Origin: Dehalococcoidia bacterium
GTDB lineage: Bacteria; Chloroflexota; Dehalococcoidia; GIF9; AB-539-J10
Reading direction: 5' to 3'
Assembly: GCA_030612025.1 (NCBI GenBank)
Contig: JAUWOR010000014.1
Coordinates: 1 to 19,015 of the forward strand
Length of the DNA: 19,015 nucleotides
Of this stretch, positions 8,166 through 16,552 are shown one piece after another (the first letter of the stretch is position 1; every line of letters begins with the position of its first letter). A program made the position numbers and the translations under genes. The notes under the pieces were generated by a model that ran no database searches, had not been told where the DNA came from, and saw only the letters and a list, made by a program, of their open reading frames with translations.

Positions 8166-9593
8166 TCATGAGAGCCCTCTGCGTAATGTTTGAATAACAA
8201 ATTCAATCCCCTCCTTTTTACCAGGGAAGTCAAGGCTGCCTTTGTTTCCGATTAGACAGGCAGTGGATTTGAAAAGCACAGCGATAACTTTTAAGTCATG
8301 TTGCGCCAGTGTTTTCCCAGTTTGGGTATTGTCAATGAGCAAATCGGCATCCTCGGGCAGGAAAACTTCACTCGCCCCCCAAGTTGGGATTACCTTGTAT
8401 GGGTTGATATAGTTATCTCGAAGATACTTATCCGCGATGTTCACGTACTCTGAAGCTACTCTTAATAGAGTAAGTTTACCACTTTGAATAAGCGATCTTA
8501 AGTCAGCAACGTCGGTTATAGGCATATCTTGACTCACTGCAGCCACAATTTTAACCATACCAAAGCCCAGATCAAGCAACTCCTTCACTGGGCTTGAGGG
8601 GAAACGATAGAGGTGCTCCAGCAACCAATCCTTACCGGTTATGGCTAAATCGAAATTGCCATTAGCCACTTGAAGAGGCATATCCTGAGGTCTGATTACC
8701 TTAATGCCAAGCCAATCTAAATCGGAAGAGGGGCGACGGTTCAATACTTCCTCTGTATACCCCTGAATATTAAGTCCAGCTCGTTTCAAAAACTGCGCCG
8801 TAGGTAGTTGCTGATGTCCGTCAGGCAAAGCTAGCTTGATTTCCTTCGCTTGCCAATGAGATTGCTTCGTCGCTTCGCTCCTCGCAATGACCTTACTAGG
8901 GCTTGTAACAACATTATTCCGGCTTGCAATAACATTGCTAAAACAACTCAATATCTGGCTCAGATCTTTATTCTCTAAGCTTTCTCGGTTAGCGATTAGA
9001 AAGGCTGTGACCGGGAGTAACTTCATTAAGGGAACCAAACTTTGCTCCTTTATCTCATTTTCATTCCTTGCCCACAGTATTGCCAGATCAGCGCTATCTG
9101 GAGGATAAACTTCAGCAGCTCCCCATACCGGGAAAATCTTAAAGGCCTTCATCCTGAGATTTAAGGCAAAAGCTTGAGCTAAATTAGGATACTCGCTTAC
9201 TATGCGCCAGTTATTCCGCTTGGCTAACAATCCGTCAAGATTGGATATCCCTGCTTGGTAGCTGGCCACCGCATATACACCACCTTCACCGTAATTTAGA
9301 CTTGATATTTTTACTAAGGCGCTCGCTGGATACCTCGCCAAAAGTTCCTCAACCCAATCCAAGCTACATATTCCCAAGTCATAATTGCCTATGGCTACTT
9401 GTATGGGAATATCTTTCTCCTGAAATACCTTGGCCGAAAGCCAAGAGAACCTTCTCGATTGAAGGCGATATCTCCTCGTCTTATTGCTGTAGCCTTTAAT
9501 GCCCATCTCTACCCCTTTAAGCAAGTTAGCTGTAGACAGTAAGAACCTACCTTTAGGCAAGGCGAGTTTGATATGGCACGGTTGGTATTCCAC
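8166..9593 (-). CDS. hisG: ATP phosphoribosyltransferase made of two short-form HisG domains fused in tandem
   Basis: Two homologous halves: IKLALPKGR..KDIPIQVAIGNYDLGI..SEYPN..PVWGAAEV and IKLALPDGH..QDMPLQVANGNFDLAI..SEYVN..PTWGASEV..DNTQTG. GTG start, directly downstream of hisZ. Confidence 0.93.
   Translation of the reverse strand: MEYQPCHIKLALPKGRFLLSTANLLKGVEMGIKGYSNKTRRYRLQSRRFSWLSAKVFQEKDIPIQVAIGNYDLGICSLDWVEELLARYPASALVKISSLNYGEGGVYAVASYQAGISNLDGLLAKRNNWRIVSEYPNLAQAFALNLRMKAFKIFPVWGAAEVYPPDSADLAILWARNENEIKEQSLVPLMKLLPVTAFLIANRESLENKDLSQILSCFSNVIASRNNVVTSPSKVIARSEATKQSHWQAKEIKLALPDGHQQLPTAQFLKRAGLNIQGYTEEVLNRRPSSDLDWLGIKVIRPQDMPLQVANGNFDLAITGKDWLLEHLYRFPSSPVKELLDLGFGMVKIVAAVSQDMPITDVADLRSLIQSGKLTLLRVASEYVNIADKYLRDNYINPYKVIPTWGASEVFLPEDADLLIDNTQTGKTLAQHDLKVIAVLFKSTACLIGNKGSLDFPGKKEGIEFVIQTLRRGLS
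8858..8891. repeat. REP-like element, subtype A, in-frame in the hisG inter-domain linker (encodes VIARSEATKQS)
   Basis: GAGATTGCTTCGTCGCTTCGCTCCTCGCAATGAC; one mismatch to the intergenic copy at 5333-5366. Confidence 0.88.
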
Positions 9594-9601
9594 AGATTAT
9601 T

Positions 9602-10840
9602 TTACCTGCCCAGTATATTAAGAATCTCCGCCGCGGAGGCTACATCTCTTCGCTGCTTCTGCTGACGATCTATGAGCACAAGTGGAGATGGCTTCTTAGT
9701 AACTGCGATAACCCAGCGATAGTTAGATGGCTCTCGTTCAGTGAAGGCGATTTCCACTGTGCGCTTTGCCTCACGAAGCGATTGAGCTAGAGTGAAGCAT
9801 GTTCTCACTATCTCCAGAGTTGACTCCTCACCCTTAATTAAAATTCTAGATTCGGTGCCCTCTTTACTTCCTAATGAAAGCAATTTCATTATCGGGTCAA
9901 TATAAAGGGCAAAGCCGCAAGCAGGAATGTTTTTCCCGCTCATAAAGGGAATAAGGTCATCATACCTTCCTCCCCCACCTATTTTCTCCTTATCAGCTAA
10001 TAACTGGAAGCAAACTCCGGTGTAGTACTCGAACCCTCGTATTGCCGTGATATCAATTTCATAATTACAGCTCAGGCTGTCTAGCAATGTGGTGATGTTT
10101 ATGAAATCCTCCATACTAGACTTGAAATCCGATGAAACTTGCTGGCACAAAGCTTTTGTATTCTGCAAGAAGCAGCTGGATTTCCCCTTCAGGCTTAGAA
10201 GCAGAGATAGAGGTTTATCCAGTTCAGGTCTAGTTGCTTTTGCCTCCCTTAATGCTTGCCAATCTCCATCTAAAACACGGCTTGTTACTTTAGCCTCTTC
10301 GCCCGGGCCAAGCTTAAGTTCCTTAATCAATGCCTTCACCAAGCCAGCATGAGATAATTGTAATCTAATGTTAGCTAAGCCAAGTTTATGTACAACCTCT
10401 TTAGCCAATGAAATTGTCTCGACATCCGCTGCCAATTTAGTACCGCCTAAAAACTCAGCGCCGCACTGCCACCTCTCCCTGCTCTCCCGGCCTGTTTCTT
10501 CAAAGGCAAAGATATTAGTCACATAGAAAAGTTTAGCTATCTCGTGTTCACTTAGATTGTTAATATAAAGCCTGGCTACGGGAATAGTGCCGTCTGGTCG
10601 CAAGACCACTCTCTCACCACTCCAGCCATTCCAATCAAGAAAGGAATATACCTTGCCTAACATACTTGGAGTAAGCGTTCCCGTAGCCGTGAATAGATGG
10701 AGGTATTCTAAGGTTGGTGTTCTTACCTCTTGATACCCATACTTACCACAGCAATTTCGAAAGGCATCTTCGATATGCCGAAAGCGCACCATATCCTCAG
10801 GAAGCAAGTCCCGCATTCCTTTACATTTTTTGCTTTCCAT
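9602..10840 (-). CDS. hisZ: ATP phosphoribosyltransferase regulatory subunit (HisRS paralog)
   Basis: HisRS-like KGMRDLLP, LRPDGT, RGFEYYTG and GGGGRYD, but motif 2 is degenerate (FAFEE instead of FRYER). First gene of the his operon, next to short-form hisG. Confidence 0.88.
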   Translation of the reverse strand: MESKKCKGMRDLLPEDMVRFRHIEDAFRNCCGKYGYQEVRTPTLEYLHLFTATGTLTPSMLGKVYSFLDWNGWSGERVVLRPDGTIPVARLYINNLSEHEIAKLFYVTNIFAFEETGRESRERWQCGAEFLGGTKLAADVETISLAKEVVHKLGLANIRLQLSHAGLVKALIKELKLGPGEEAKVTSRVLDGDWQALREAKATRPELDKPLSLLLSLKGKSSCFLQNTKALCQQVSSDFKSSMEDFINITTLLDSLSCNYEIDITAIRGFEYYTGVCFQLLADKEKIGGGGRYDDLIPFMSGKNIPACGFALYIDPIMKLLSLGSKEGTESRILIKGEESTLEIVRTCFTLAQSLREAKRTVEIAFTEREPSNYRWVIAVTKKPSPLVLIDRQQKQRRDVASAAEILNILGR

Positions 10841-10864
10841 TTTTTTGACTTATTGAGTCGCTCT

Positions 10865-10893
10865 ATTCTACACTAAGCTACTTCTGCCTTCAA
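10865..10893 (-). promoter_or_regulatory. Sigma70 promoter of the his operon
   Basis: Minus strand TTGAAG-N17-TAGAAT, 24 nt upstream of the hisZ ATG. Confidence 0.65.
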
Positions 10894-10926
10894 TGATAAA
10901 TTTGAGGTCGTTTAACCATACCTACC

Positions 10927-10972
10927 TGTCATTCTGAGCGTAGCGAATAATCTCATACCGCTCAGGGTGACA
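10927..10972. repeat. REP-like palindromic element, subtype B (between the divergent hisZ and nfeD promoters)
   Basis: TGTCATTCTGAGCG-TAGCGAATAATCTCATAC-CGCTCAGGGTGACA; the 14-nt ends are identical to those of 16553-16617. Confidence 0.85.
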
Positions 10973-10990
10973 AAATAAATACCCTAAAAT

Positions 10991-11019
10991 TTGTTGCTTT
11001 TTGTTGCTTAGTTTATAAT
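10991..11019 (+). promoter_or_regulatory. Sigma70 promoter of the nfeD-stomatin operon, with a tandem TTGTTGCTT repeat
   Basis: TTGTTG-N17-TATAAT, followed by a GAGGT SD and ATG 11040. Confidence 0.55.
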
Positions 11020-11039
11020 TAATCTGAGGTTAAGCATAG

Positions 11040-12353
11040 ATGGGTAGAACTTTACTTAGGATTTTCTTTCTTGCCTTGTTTATAATCACAATAGTTGGGG
11101 CTTTGGCAGGCAGCATAATTAGCGCTTCCAGTCCAACGATTGAAATTCTTCATGTGGAAGGCACCATTGTGCCAGTGGTGGCTGATTACATTGATCGAGG
11201 TATTAGCCAGGCTGAAGATGAGAATGCTACTGTTTGCATTATTGAATTAAATACGCCAGGAGGGCTTCTCACCGCGACGGAGAAAATAGTCCAGAGCATT
11301 ATGAATGCTGACGTGCCTATCGTAGTTTACGTTTCCCCTAAAGGTGCCTGGGCTGCTTCAGCAGGAACTTTCATTACTTTATCCGCCCATATAGCCGCTA
11401 TGACGTCGGGCACCACTATTGGCGCTGCCCATCCCGTAGCTGCTGGAGGAGAGGAAATACCAGAAGAGCAAATGAAGAAGATAGTCGAGTTCTCAGCCAA
11501 GTGGATGAAGACCATTGCCGAGGAGCGGGGTCGCAATATGGAAGAAGCTGAGCTAGCCGTGACAGAAAGTAAATCCTTTACCGATGTTGATGCCCTGGAA
11601 TATAACCTTATTGATATGAGAGCTGATAATTTAGAAAGCCTTATTTCCCAAATCAATGGCTGGAAAGTTACTTTAGCCAATGGCGAGGAAGTTACTATTA
11701 ACACTACAGGCTACGAGACAATTAGAAATGAAATGAATGCCATTGAGCAGTTCTTGCAAGCCATCAGCGACCCAAATATTGCCTACATCCTGCTTACCTT
11801 GGCTACCATAGGGCTAATCACTGAGATTTCCAACCCAGGGTTGATTTTCCCCGGGATAGCCGGTGGCCTTAGCTTGCTCTTGGCTTTTTACTCCTTGGGA
11901 GTGCTTAATGCTTACTGGGGAGGTGTAGCACTTATCTTGCTTGCTATGGGGCTTTTTATCGCCGAGTATTTCACCACTAGTTTTGGGTTACTGACTGCCG
12001 GAGGCATAATCGCGCTGGTTATGGGCTCGCTAATCTTATTCAGCCATAGCCCAGGAATAGAGGTGAATCGTGGACTAATTGTCGGTGTCACAGTTGCCAT
12101 TGCCGCCTTCGCCATCTTCGTCATCGGTGCTATCATTAGAGGACAGAGACGTCGCAAGGCTACTGGCGCTGAGGGCATGATAGGGAAAATCGCTATAGCT
12201 AAAACACCCCTTGATCCCACAGGCACTGTTCTAGCTGAAGGCGAATTGTGGACAGCCACAGTTGAAGCGGGTAAAATAGAACCACGTGAGGAAGTGATTA
12301 TAACCAAAGTAGAAGAATTGAAATTGCGGGTGACAAAAAAATCTAAAGAATAG
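11040..12353 (+). CDS. nfeD: Long NfeD: membrane-bound ClpP-class serine protease with TM region and C-terminal OB fold
   Basis: Signal peptide, LNTPGG, WAASAGTFI (catalytic Ser), TIGAAHPV, a multi-TM segment and TGAEGMIG..GTVLAEGELWTA. Confidence 0.93.
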   Translation: MGRTLLRIFFLALFIITIVGALAGSIISASSPTIEILHVEGTIVPVVADYIDRGISQAEDENATVCIIELNTPGGLLTATEKIVQSIMNADVPIVVYVSPKGAWAASAGTFITLSAHIAAMTSGTTIGAAHPVAAGGEEIPEEQMKKIVEFSAKWMKTIAEERGRNMEEAELAVTESKSFTDVDALEYNLIDMRADNLESLISQINGWKVTLANGEEVTINTTGYETIRNEMNAIEQFLQAISDPNIAYILLTLATIGLITEISNPGLIFPGIAGGLSLLLAFYSLGVLNAYWGGVALILLAMGLFIAEYFTTSFGLLTAGGIIALVMGSLILFSHSPGIEVNRGLIVGVTVAIAAFAIFVIGAIIRGQRRRKATGAEGMIGKIAIAKTPLDPTGTVLAEGELWTATVEAGKIEPREEVIITKVEELKLRVTKKSKE

Positions 12354-12362
12354 GAGGGTAGT

Positions 12363-12773
12363 TTGCTATTCATGGAATCGCCCTTTGTCGAATCATTACC
12401 TGAAGAGTTAGAAGCACTATTTAAGGCGTTGTCTAAAGCGTTATTTAAAGTATCAGAAGCACTATCTGTGGGAATAACAGGGCCTGTTATTATAGTCACA
12501 ATTTTTGCTGTTGCTTTTATTGCCTTTGTCATTTTTGCTATCATTAAAGATCAAAGACGAAAACTCGCTACCGGCACAGAGGACATGATAGGTAAAGTGG
12601 CTGTAACGGAAACAGAGCTCAATCCTAGAGGCACAGTTCTGGCTGAAGGCGAGCTTTGGACAGCCATAGCTGAAGGGAGTAAAATAAAGGCTGATGAGGA
12701 GGTGATCATAACTAAAGTAGCAGGCTTGAAATTGTGGGTAACAAAAAAATCTAAGGAAAAGGAGGACAAATAA
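12363..12773 (+). CDS. Short NfeD-like protein (one TM + OB fold), paralogous to the 3' end of the preceding gene
   Basis: AFVIFAIIKDQRRKLATGTEDMIGK..GTVLAEGELWTA..EEVIITKV..LKLWVTKKSKE. GGAGG SD lies before TTG 12363; ATG 12372 is an alternative start. Confidence 0.82.
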   Translation: MLFMESPFVESLPEELEALFKALSKALFKVSEALSVGITGPVIIVTIFAVAFIAFVIFAIIKDQRRKLATGTEDMIGKVAVTETELNPRGTVLAEGELWTAIAEGSKIKADEEVIITKVAGLKLWVTKKSKEKEDK

Positions 12774-12774
12774 C

Positions 12775-13542
12775 ATGGTAACGGGTTGGGTTTTTTACAT
12801 TATTATCGCCCTAGCAGTAATACTACTTCTGTCAAATGCTCTCAAGGTCGTTCAAGAATATGAAAGGGGAGCTGTTTTCCGGCTGGGCAGATTTGTTGGC
12901 CTCAGGGGGCCGGGGCTTGTCGTGATTATACCTTTCATTGAGCGTATAAGGAGGGTTGACCTTCGTGTAATCACTATGGATGTTCCGGAGCAGGAATGCA
13001 TGACTGTGGACAATGTTACCGTCAGAGTTGATGCCGTAGTTTACTTTCGAGTGCTTGATGCGGCAAGCGCCATTCTTAAGGTAAACAACTATATCAAGGC
13101 GACCCACTTACTGGCCCAGACTACCTTACGGAATGTCGTCGGGCAATCCGAATTAGACGAGTTATTAGCTCATCGAGAGCGACTTAATGAAAAGATGCAA
13201 AAAATCGTTGATGAAGGCACAGACCCTTGGGGGATAAAAGTAAGCATGGTAGAAACTAAAGAGGTACAATTGCCCGAAAATATGAAACGGTCTATGGCGG
13301 CACAGGCTGAAGCCGAGCGAGACAGAAGAGCTAAAGTCGTCCATGCCGAGGGGGAATACCAGGCAGCTGAAAAGCTAGCTAAAGCTGCTGAAGTCATGTC
13401 CAGGCAACCCGCAGCACTACAGCTTCGCTATCTGCAAACACTAACAGCTATTGCTACGGAAAGAAGCAATACCATTCTTTTCCCCTTACCTATGGACTTG
13501 CTAACCGCCTTTTCGAGTAGAGGTAACCCAGAAAAGAAATAG
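12775..13542 (+). CDS. SPFH / stomatin-like (slipin) protein
   Basis: N-terminal TM, QEYERGAVFRLGR, VDLRVITMDVP, LAQTTLRNVVG, DPWGIKV, AEAERDRRAK and ALQLRYLQTL. AGGAGG SD. Confidence 0.95.
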   Translation: MVTGWVFYIIIALAVILLLSNALKVVQEYERGAVFRLGRFVGLRGPGLVVIIPFIERIRRVDLRVITMDVPEQECMTVDNVTVRVDAVVYFRVLDAASAILKVNNYIKATHLLAQTTLRNVVGQSELDELLAHRERLNEKMQKIVDEGTDPWGIKVSMVETKEVQLPENMKRSMAAQAEAERDRRAKVVHAEGEYQAAEKLAKAAEVMSRQPAALQLRYLQTLTAIATERSNTILFPLPMDLLTAFSSRGNPEKK

Positions 13543-13549
13543 GCAGATG

Positions 13550-13579
13550 CTCCGGCCTGGCTAACCGGTTGGGCCGGAG
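13550..13579. terminator. GC-rich hairpin between the convergent stomatin and pyrD genes (probable bidirectional terminator)
   Basis: CTCCGGCC (13550-13557) pairs with GGCCGGAG (13572-13579); U-tracts are weak. Confidence 0.6.
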
Positions 13580-13594
13580 TAAATCTTCCGGTAA

Positions 13595-14533
13595 TTAAAC
13601 CTGAGCAACACCAATCAGCTCAGCTAAATTGTGGATTCCTTTATCGCTCATAAAATGCTTTATCCCTTCCAATATATTGAGGCTGGCATGAGGGTTGGTT
13701 AAATTGGCGCTACCAACTTGCACTGCGCTAGCCCCACACATAATGAATTCTAAGGCATCTGCAGCACAACCAATCCCACCGCAACCTATCAACGGGATAT
13801 GCACGACCTTAGCTACTTCATACACCATATAAAGTGCTATGGGTTTGATAGCCGGACCAGAAAGTCCACCAGTAATATTCCCTAAGCACGGTTTTCTTTT
13901 ACTTATGTCAATCGCTATCCCTTTCACCGTGTTAATCAAAGATATGGCATCAGCTCCAGCACTTTCCACTGCTAAGGCAATTTCCTTAATATCAGTTACA
14001 TTAGGGCTTAGTTTTACCATGGCGGGCAAGCTGGTCACAGCTTTAACCGCTGAAGTAACTTCAGCGGCAAGTTTTGGGTTTACTCCAAACTCAATTCCAT
14101 CCGCTGAAATATTAGGGCAGCTAATGTTTAATTCAATGCCGCTTACCCCAGGTATGCCATCCAACCTGGCCACTACACTAGCATATTCATCAATTGTTTC
14201 TCCGGCAATGTTAACAATGACAGGAACTCGCCAGCTTGCCCATATGGGGGCTTTATCCCTGATCACAGCATCAACGCCAATATTCTCCAAACCTACAGAA
14301 TTAAGCAAGCCACCCACTGTTTCCACCAGTCGTGGCTGAGGATTGCCCCTCCTTGGCATAAGAGTAGTGCCTTTACAAACAATTGCCCCTAGCTTCTGTA
14401 TGTCAATAAGCCCGCTATATTCCGTGCCATAACCAAAAGTGCCCGAAGCTGTCATCACTGGATTATCCAGCATTAACCCTTTAGGATGACGCGGAGCCAG
14501 CTGAACACGAAGATTTAACGAATTAGTTCTCAC
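13595..14533 (-). CDS. pyrD: Dihydroorotate dehydrogenase, family 1B catalytic subunit
   Basis: NPVMTASGTFG, GNPQPRL, LNSVGLEN, ELNISCPN (catalytic Cys), VKLSPN, LINT and GGLSGPAIKP. GTG start. Confidence 0.95.
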   Translation of the reverse strand: MRTNSLNLRVQLAPRHPKGLMLDNPVMTASGTFGYGTEYSGLIDIQKLGAIVCKGTTLMPRRGNPQPRLVETVGGLLNSVGLENIGVDAVIRDKAPIWASWRVPVIVNIAGETIDEYASVVARLDGIPGVSGIELNISCPNISADGIEFGVNPKLAAEVTSAVKAVTSLPAMVKLSPNVTDIKEIALAVESAGADAISLINTVKGIAIDISKRKPCLGNITGGLSGPAIKPIALYMVYEVAKVVHIPLIGCGGIGCAADALEFIMCGASAVQVGSANLTNPHASLNILEGIKHFMSDKGIHNLAELIGVAQV

Positions 14534-14546
14534 AGCTATAATTTTT

Positions 14547-14555
14547 ATTATAGCA
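14547..14555 (-). promoter_or_regulatory. Extended -10 promoter of pyrD
   Basis: Minus strand TGCTATAAT, 13 nt upstream of the GTG start; no SD. Confidence 0.55.
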
Positions 14556-14594
14556 GGGTAGCCTCTGAAGCGATATGCCTTGTATCACCAGCTA

Positions 14595-14603
14595 TGTTAA
14601 AAT
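14595..14603 (+). promoter_or_regulatory. Extended -10 promoter of rimI (leaderless spacing)
   Basis: TGTTAAAAT lies exactly 7 nt before ATG 14611; no SD. Confidence 0.55.
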
Positions 14604-14610
14604 TTAACCA

Positions 14611-15282
14611 ATGCCAGAAGTAGCTTACCTTATTCGCCCTATGGTGGACGAGGATATTCCCCAGGTAACTGAGATTGACCGTGAGGCTTTCCCTGGCGAG
14701 TCACTGTTTCGTCCCTACACTTCATACAAGCAGGAGATTCACAACTCATTAGCTCATTACATAGTAGCTTGTATTGAGAAGGGGACTGGACCAAAACCAA
14801 ACCGGGAAGATAGGCAAAAGAAGTCCTGGCTCAAACGCCTTTTGGGCCATCACCATTTAGCTATTAGCACGAGTGCGGAACGAAACCACCGCTATAGTAA
14901 AGAATACATAGTTGGCTTCGCTGGCTTCTGGACTATGCTAAATGAGGCACACATCATCGCTATTGCGGTAAGAAATAATTATCGCTGCAAGGGAATAGGC
15001 GCAGGACTGCTCATTTCAGTTATTGAGGTGGCTAGCCAATTACATGCCAATGTAATCACCTTAGAAGTGCGTGCTTCTAATGTGGTAGCACAGGCACTTT
15101 ATAAGAAATATGGATTTCGAATAGCGGGCAAGCGCCCAAGGTATTATTCAGATAACGGCGAAGACGCTGTGTTTATGAGCACAGATACTATTACTTTGGC
15201 CCCCTTCCAAGCTCACTTCCAGCGACTGAAAGAAGCTCATAGCCAGAGGTGGAAAAAAATCTTCACAACTCAATTAGCTTGA
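14611..15282 (+). CDS. rimI: RimI-like ribosomal-protein N-acetyltransferase (GNAT) with an internal insertion and C-terminal extension
   Basis: IRPM..EDIPQV.EIDREAF, IVGFAGFW..NEAHIIAIAV...YRCKGIG, TLEVRASN..AQALYKKYGF and RPRYYSDNGEDA. Confidence 0.9.
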   Translation: MPEVAYLIRPMVDEDIPQVTEIDREAFPGESLFRPYTSYKQEIHNSLAHYIVACIEKGTGPKPNREDRQKKSWLKRLLGHHHLAISTSAERNHRYSKEYIVGFAGFWTMLNEAHIIAIAVRNNYRCKGIGAGLLISVIEVASQLHANVITLEVRASNVVAQALYKKYGFRIAGKRPRYYSDNGEDAVFMSTDTITLAPFQAHFQRLKEAHSQRWKKIFTTQLA

Positions 15283-15361
15283 ATCGAAATAGGTTGCTAA
15301 ATTCTGCTCCCCTGCTTTACGACTCTACTAATGACATCTGAATCTTCGCAGCCGTCTTATG

Positions 15362-16519
15362 TCAACTATACTTGCTCAGGATAGCCTTGAAGGAATCTAT
15401 GACAAAAACTAGCTGTTCTTTATCAGCGGCAAAGGTAGAAAGTTTAAAAGCTTTTGTCAGACCTGGCTGCAGCCCCCAAATGCCTCTGCCCTTAAGCTCC
15501 TTGTACAGGAAATATCCCCTCTCTCGAACACGCTTGGAGATGTCATAGAGCATCGGAGATTCAAAGTGCAGTAAGTCATGTCTATGCGGTCTTTCCCCCA
15601 ATTGCTTGAATCCCAATTTCTCCAGTTCACCGGAAAACCATTGTGCTTTTGCTACTTGCTCATCCCAATGGTTAATCCTTTCTTTCACCTGGGGGAAGGA
15701 AGCCATGAGCGTAATCAGTGGGACACCCCTCAAAGTACAACCGAGAGGCTCAACTTCTTTGTTATCAAATAGTTCGGATTTCCTCAATATAATTTCTTCC
15801 CACCTCTTTTTCATTCCCAATACACCGCAAGGCCCGGCAGAAGCCATGCTTTTATGACCGCTGCCAATGATGAAATCAGCACCAACATCACTCAACTTTA
15901 CAGGCATTCTGCCCACTGCATATGCACCATTAAGGATATAAGGGATACCATATTCTTGAGCAATTTTCCCCAGCTTTGTGGCATCAGGAAGATTTCCATA
16001 ATTGCCATCGGGGTAGGTTAATAAAATTAGCTTCGGATTATGCTTCTCCATAAGTGGTATATAATCGTTAACGTCAATCCTGAATTCTGGATAGCCAGAG
16101 TGAGACACCTCAATTACATCTAACCCTACCCTTTCAGCAGCAACAATCGTGGTGTAATGCCTGTTACCATCAACAATAATTGAATCACCTGGCTTGGTTA
16201 AAGAATGCATCACCATAAATATGCCATCTCTTGCTCCATATGTTATGGTGGCAACATCACAGCCTAAGAATTGGGGTAGAAGTTCATGCACAAACTCCCG
16301 GATAGGAGGATTTGTTATATCACACAGGCTGCCAAGGCAAAAATCGCACACTGAATACCCATCTCCAAACTCTATTAAAGCCTCCCTAGCAGCATCAGTG
16401 AGAATGCCACCCGTTTGTAGAGGCATGATATTTATAAGACCTTTGTGTAATCTGTGTAATGCACCAAGTTTCTGTAATGGTTTGTTCTTTGCTTGCTTCG
16501 CCAGCTTTTCCTTTTGCAA
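15362..16519 (-). CDS. pscS: Sep-tRNA:Cys-tRNA synthase (SepCysS, PLP-dependent)
   Basis: PLQTGG.LT..AREALIEFGDGYSVCDFC (CxxC), HYTT, PDGNYGN, GSGHKS (PLP Lys), LGCT (third Cys) and GLTK..KLSTF. TTG start with GAGGGGTGA SD. Confidence 0.95.
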   Translation of the reverse strand: MQKEKLAKQAKNKPLQKLGALHRLHKGLINIMPLQTGGILTDAAREALIEFGDGYSVCDFCLGSLCDITNPPIREFVHELLPQFLGCDVATITYGARDGIFMVMHSLTKPGDSIIVDGNRHYTTIVAAERVGLDVIEVSHSGYPEFRIDVNDYIPLMEKHNPKLILLTYPDGNYGNLPDATKLGKIAQEYGIPYILNGAYAVGRMPVKLSDVGADFIIGSGHKSMASAGPCGVLGMKKRWEEIILRKSELFDNKEVEPLGCTLRGVPLITLMASFPQVKERINHWDEQVAKAQWFSGELEKLGFKQLGERPHRHDLLHFESPMLYDISKRVRERGYFLYKELKGRGIWGLQPGLTKAFKLSTFAADKEQLVFVIDSFKAILSKYS

Positions 16520-16552
16520 CAGTTCACCCCTCGTTCAAAATTCTTTGCCCTC

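Noticed and set aside
9602-10840. Histidyl-tRNA synthetase (hisS)
   Set aside because: The motif 2 Arg is missing and the gene heads a his operon beside short-form hisG, so it is HisZ.
10841-10926. His attenuator leader peptide or T-box upstream of hisZ
   Set aside because: No His-codon run or T-box motif, and the predicted promoter leaves a leader of under 20 nt.
15283-15361. tRNA-Cys next to sepS/pscS (16520-16625 and 18144-18221 also checked)
   Set aside because: No cloverleaf, TTC T-loop arm or GCA anticodon arm; the hairpin at 16553-16617 is the repeat element.
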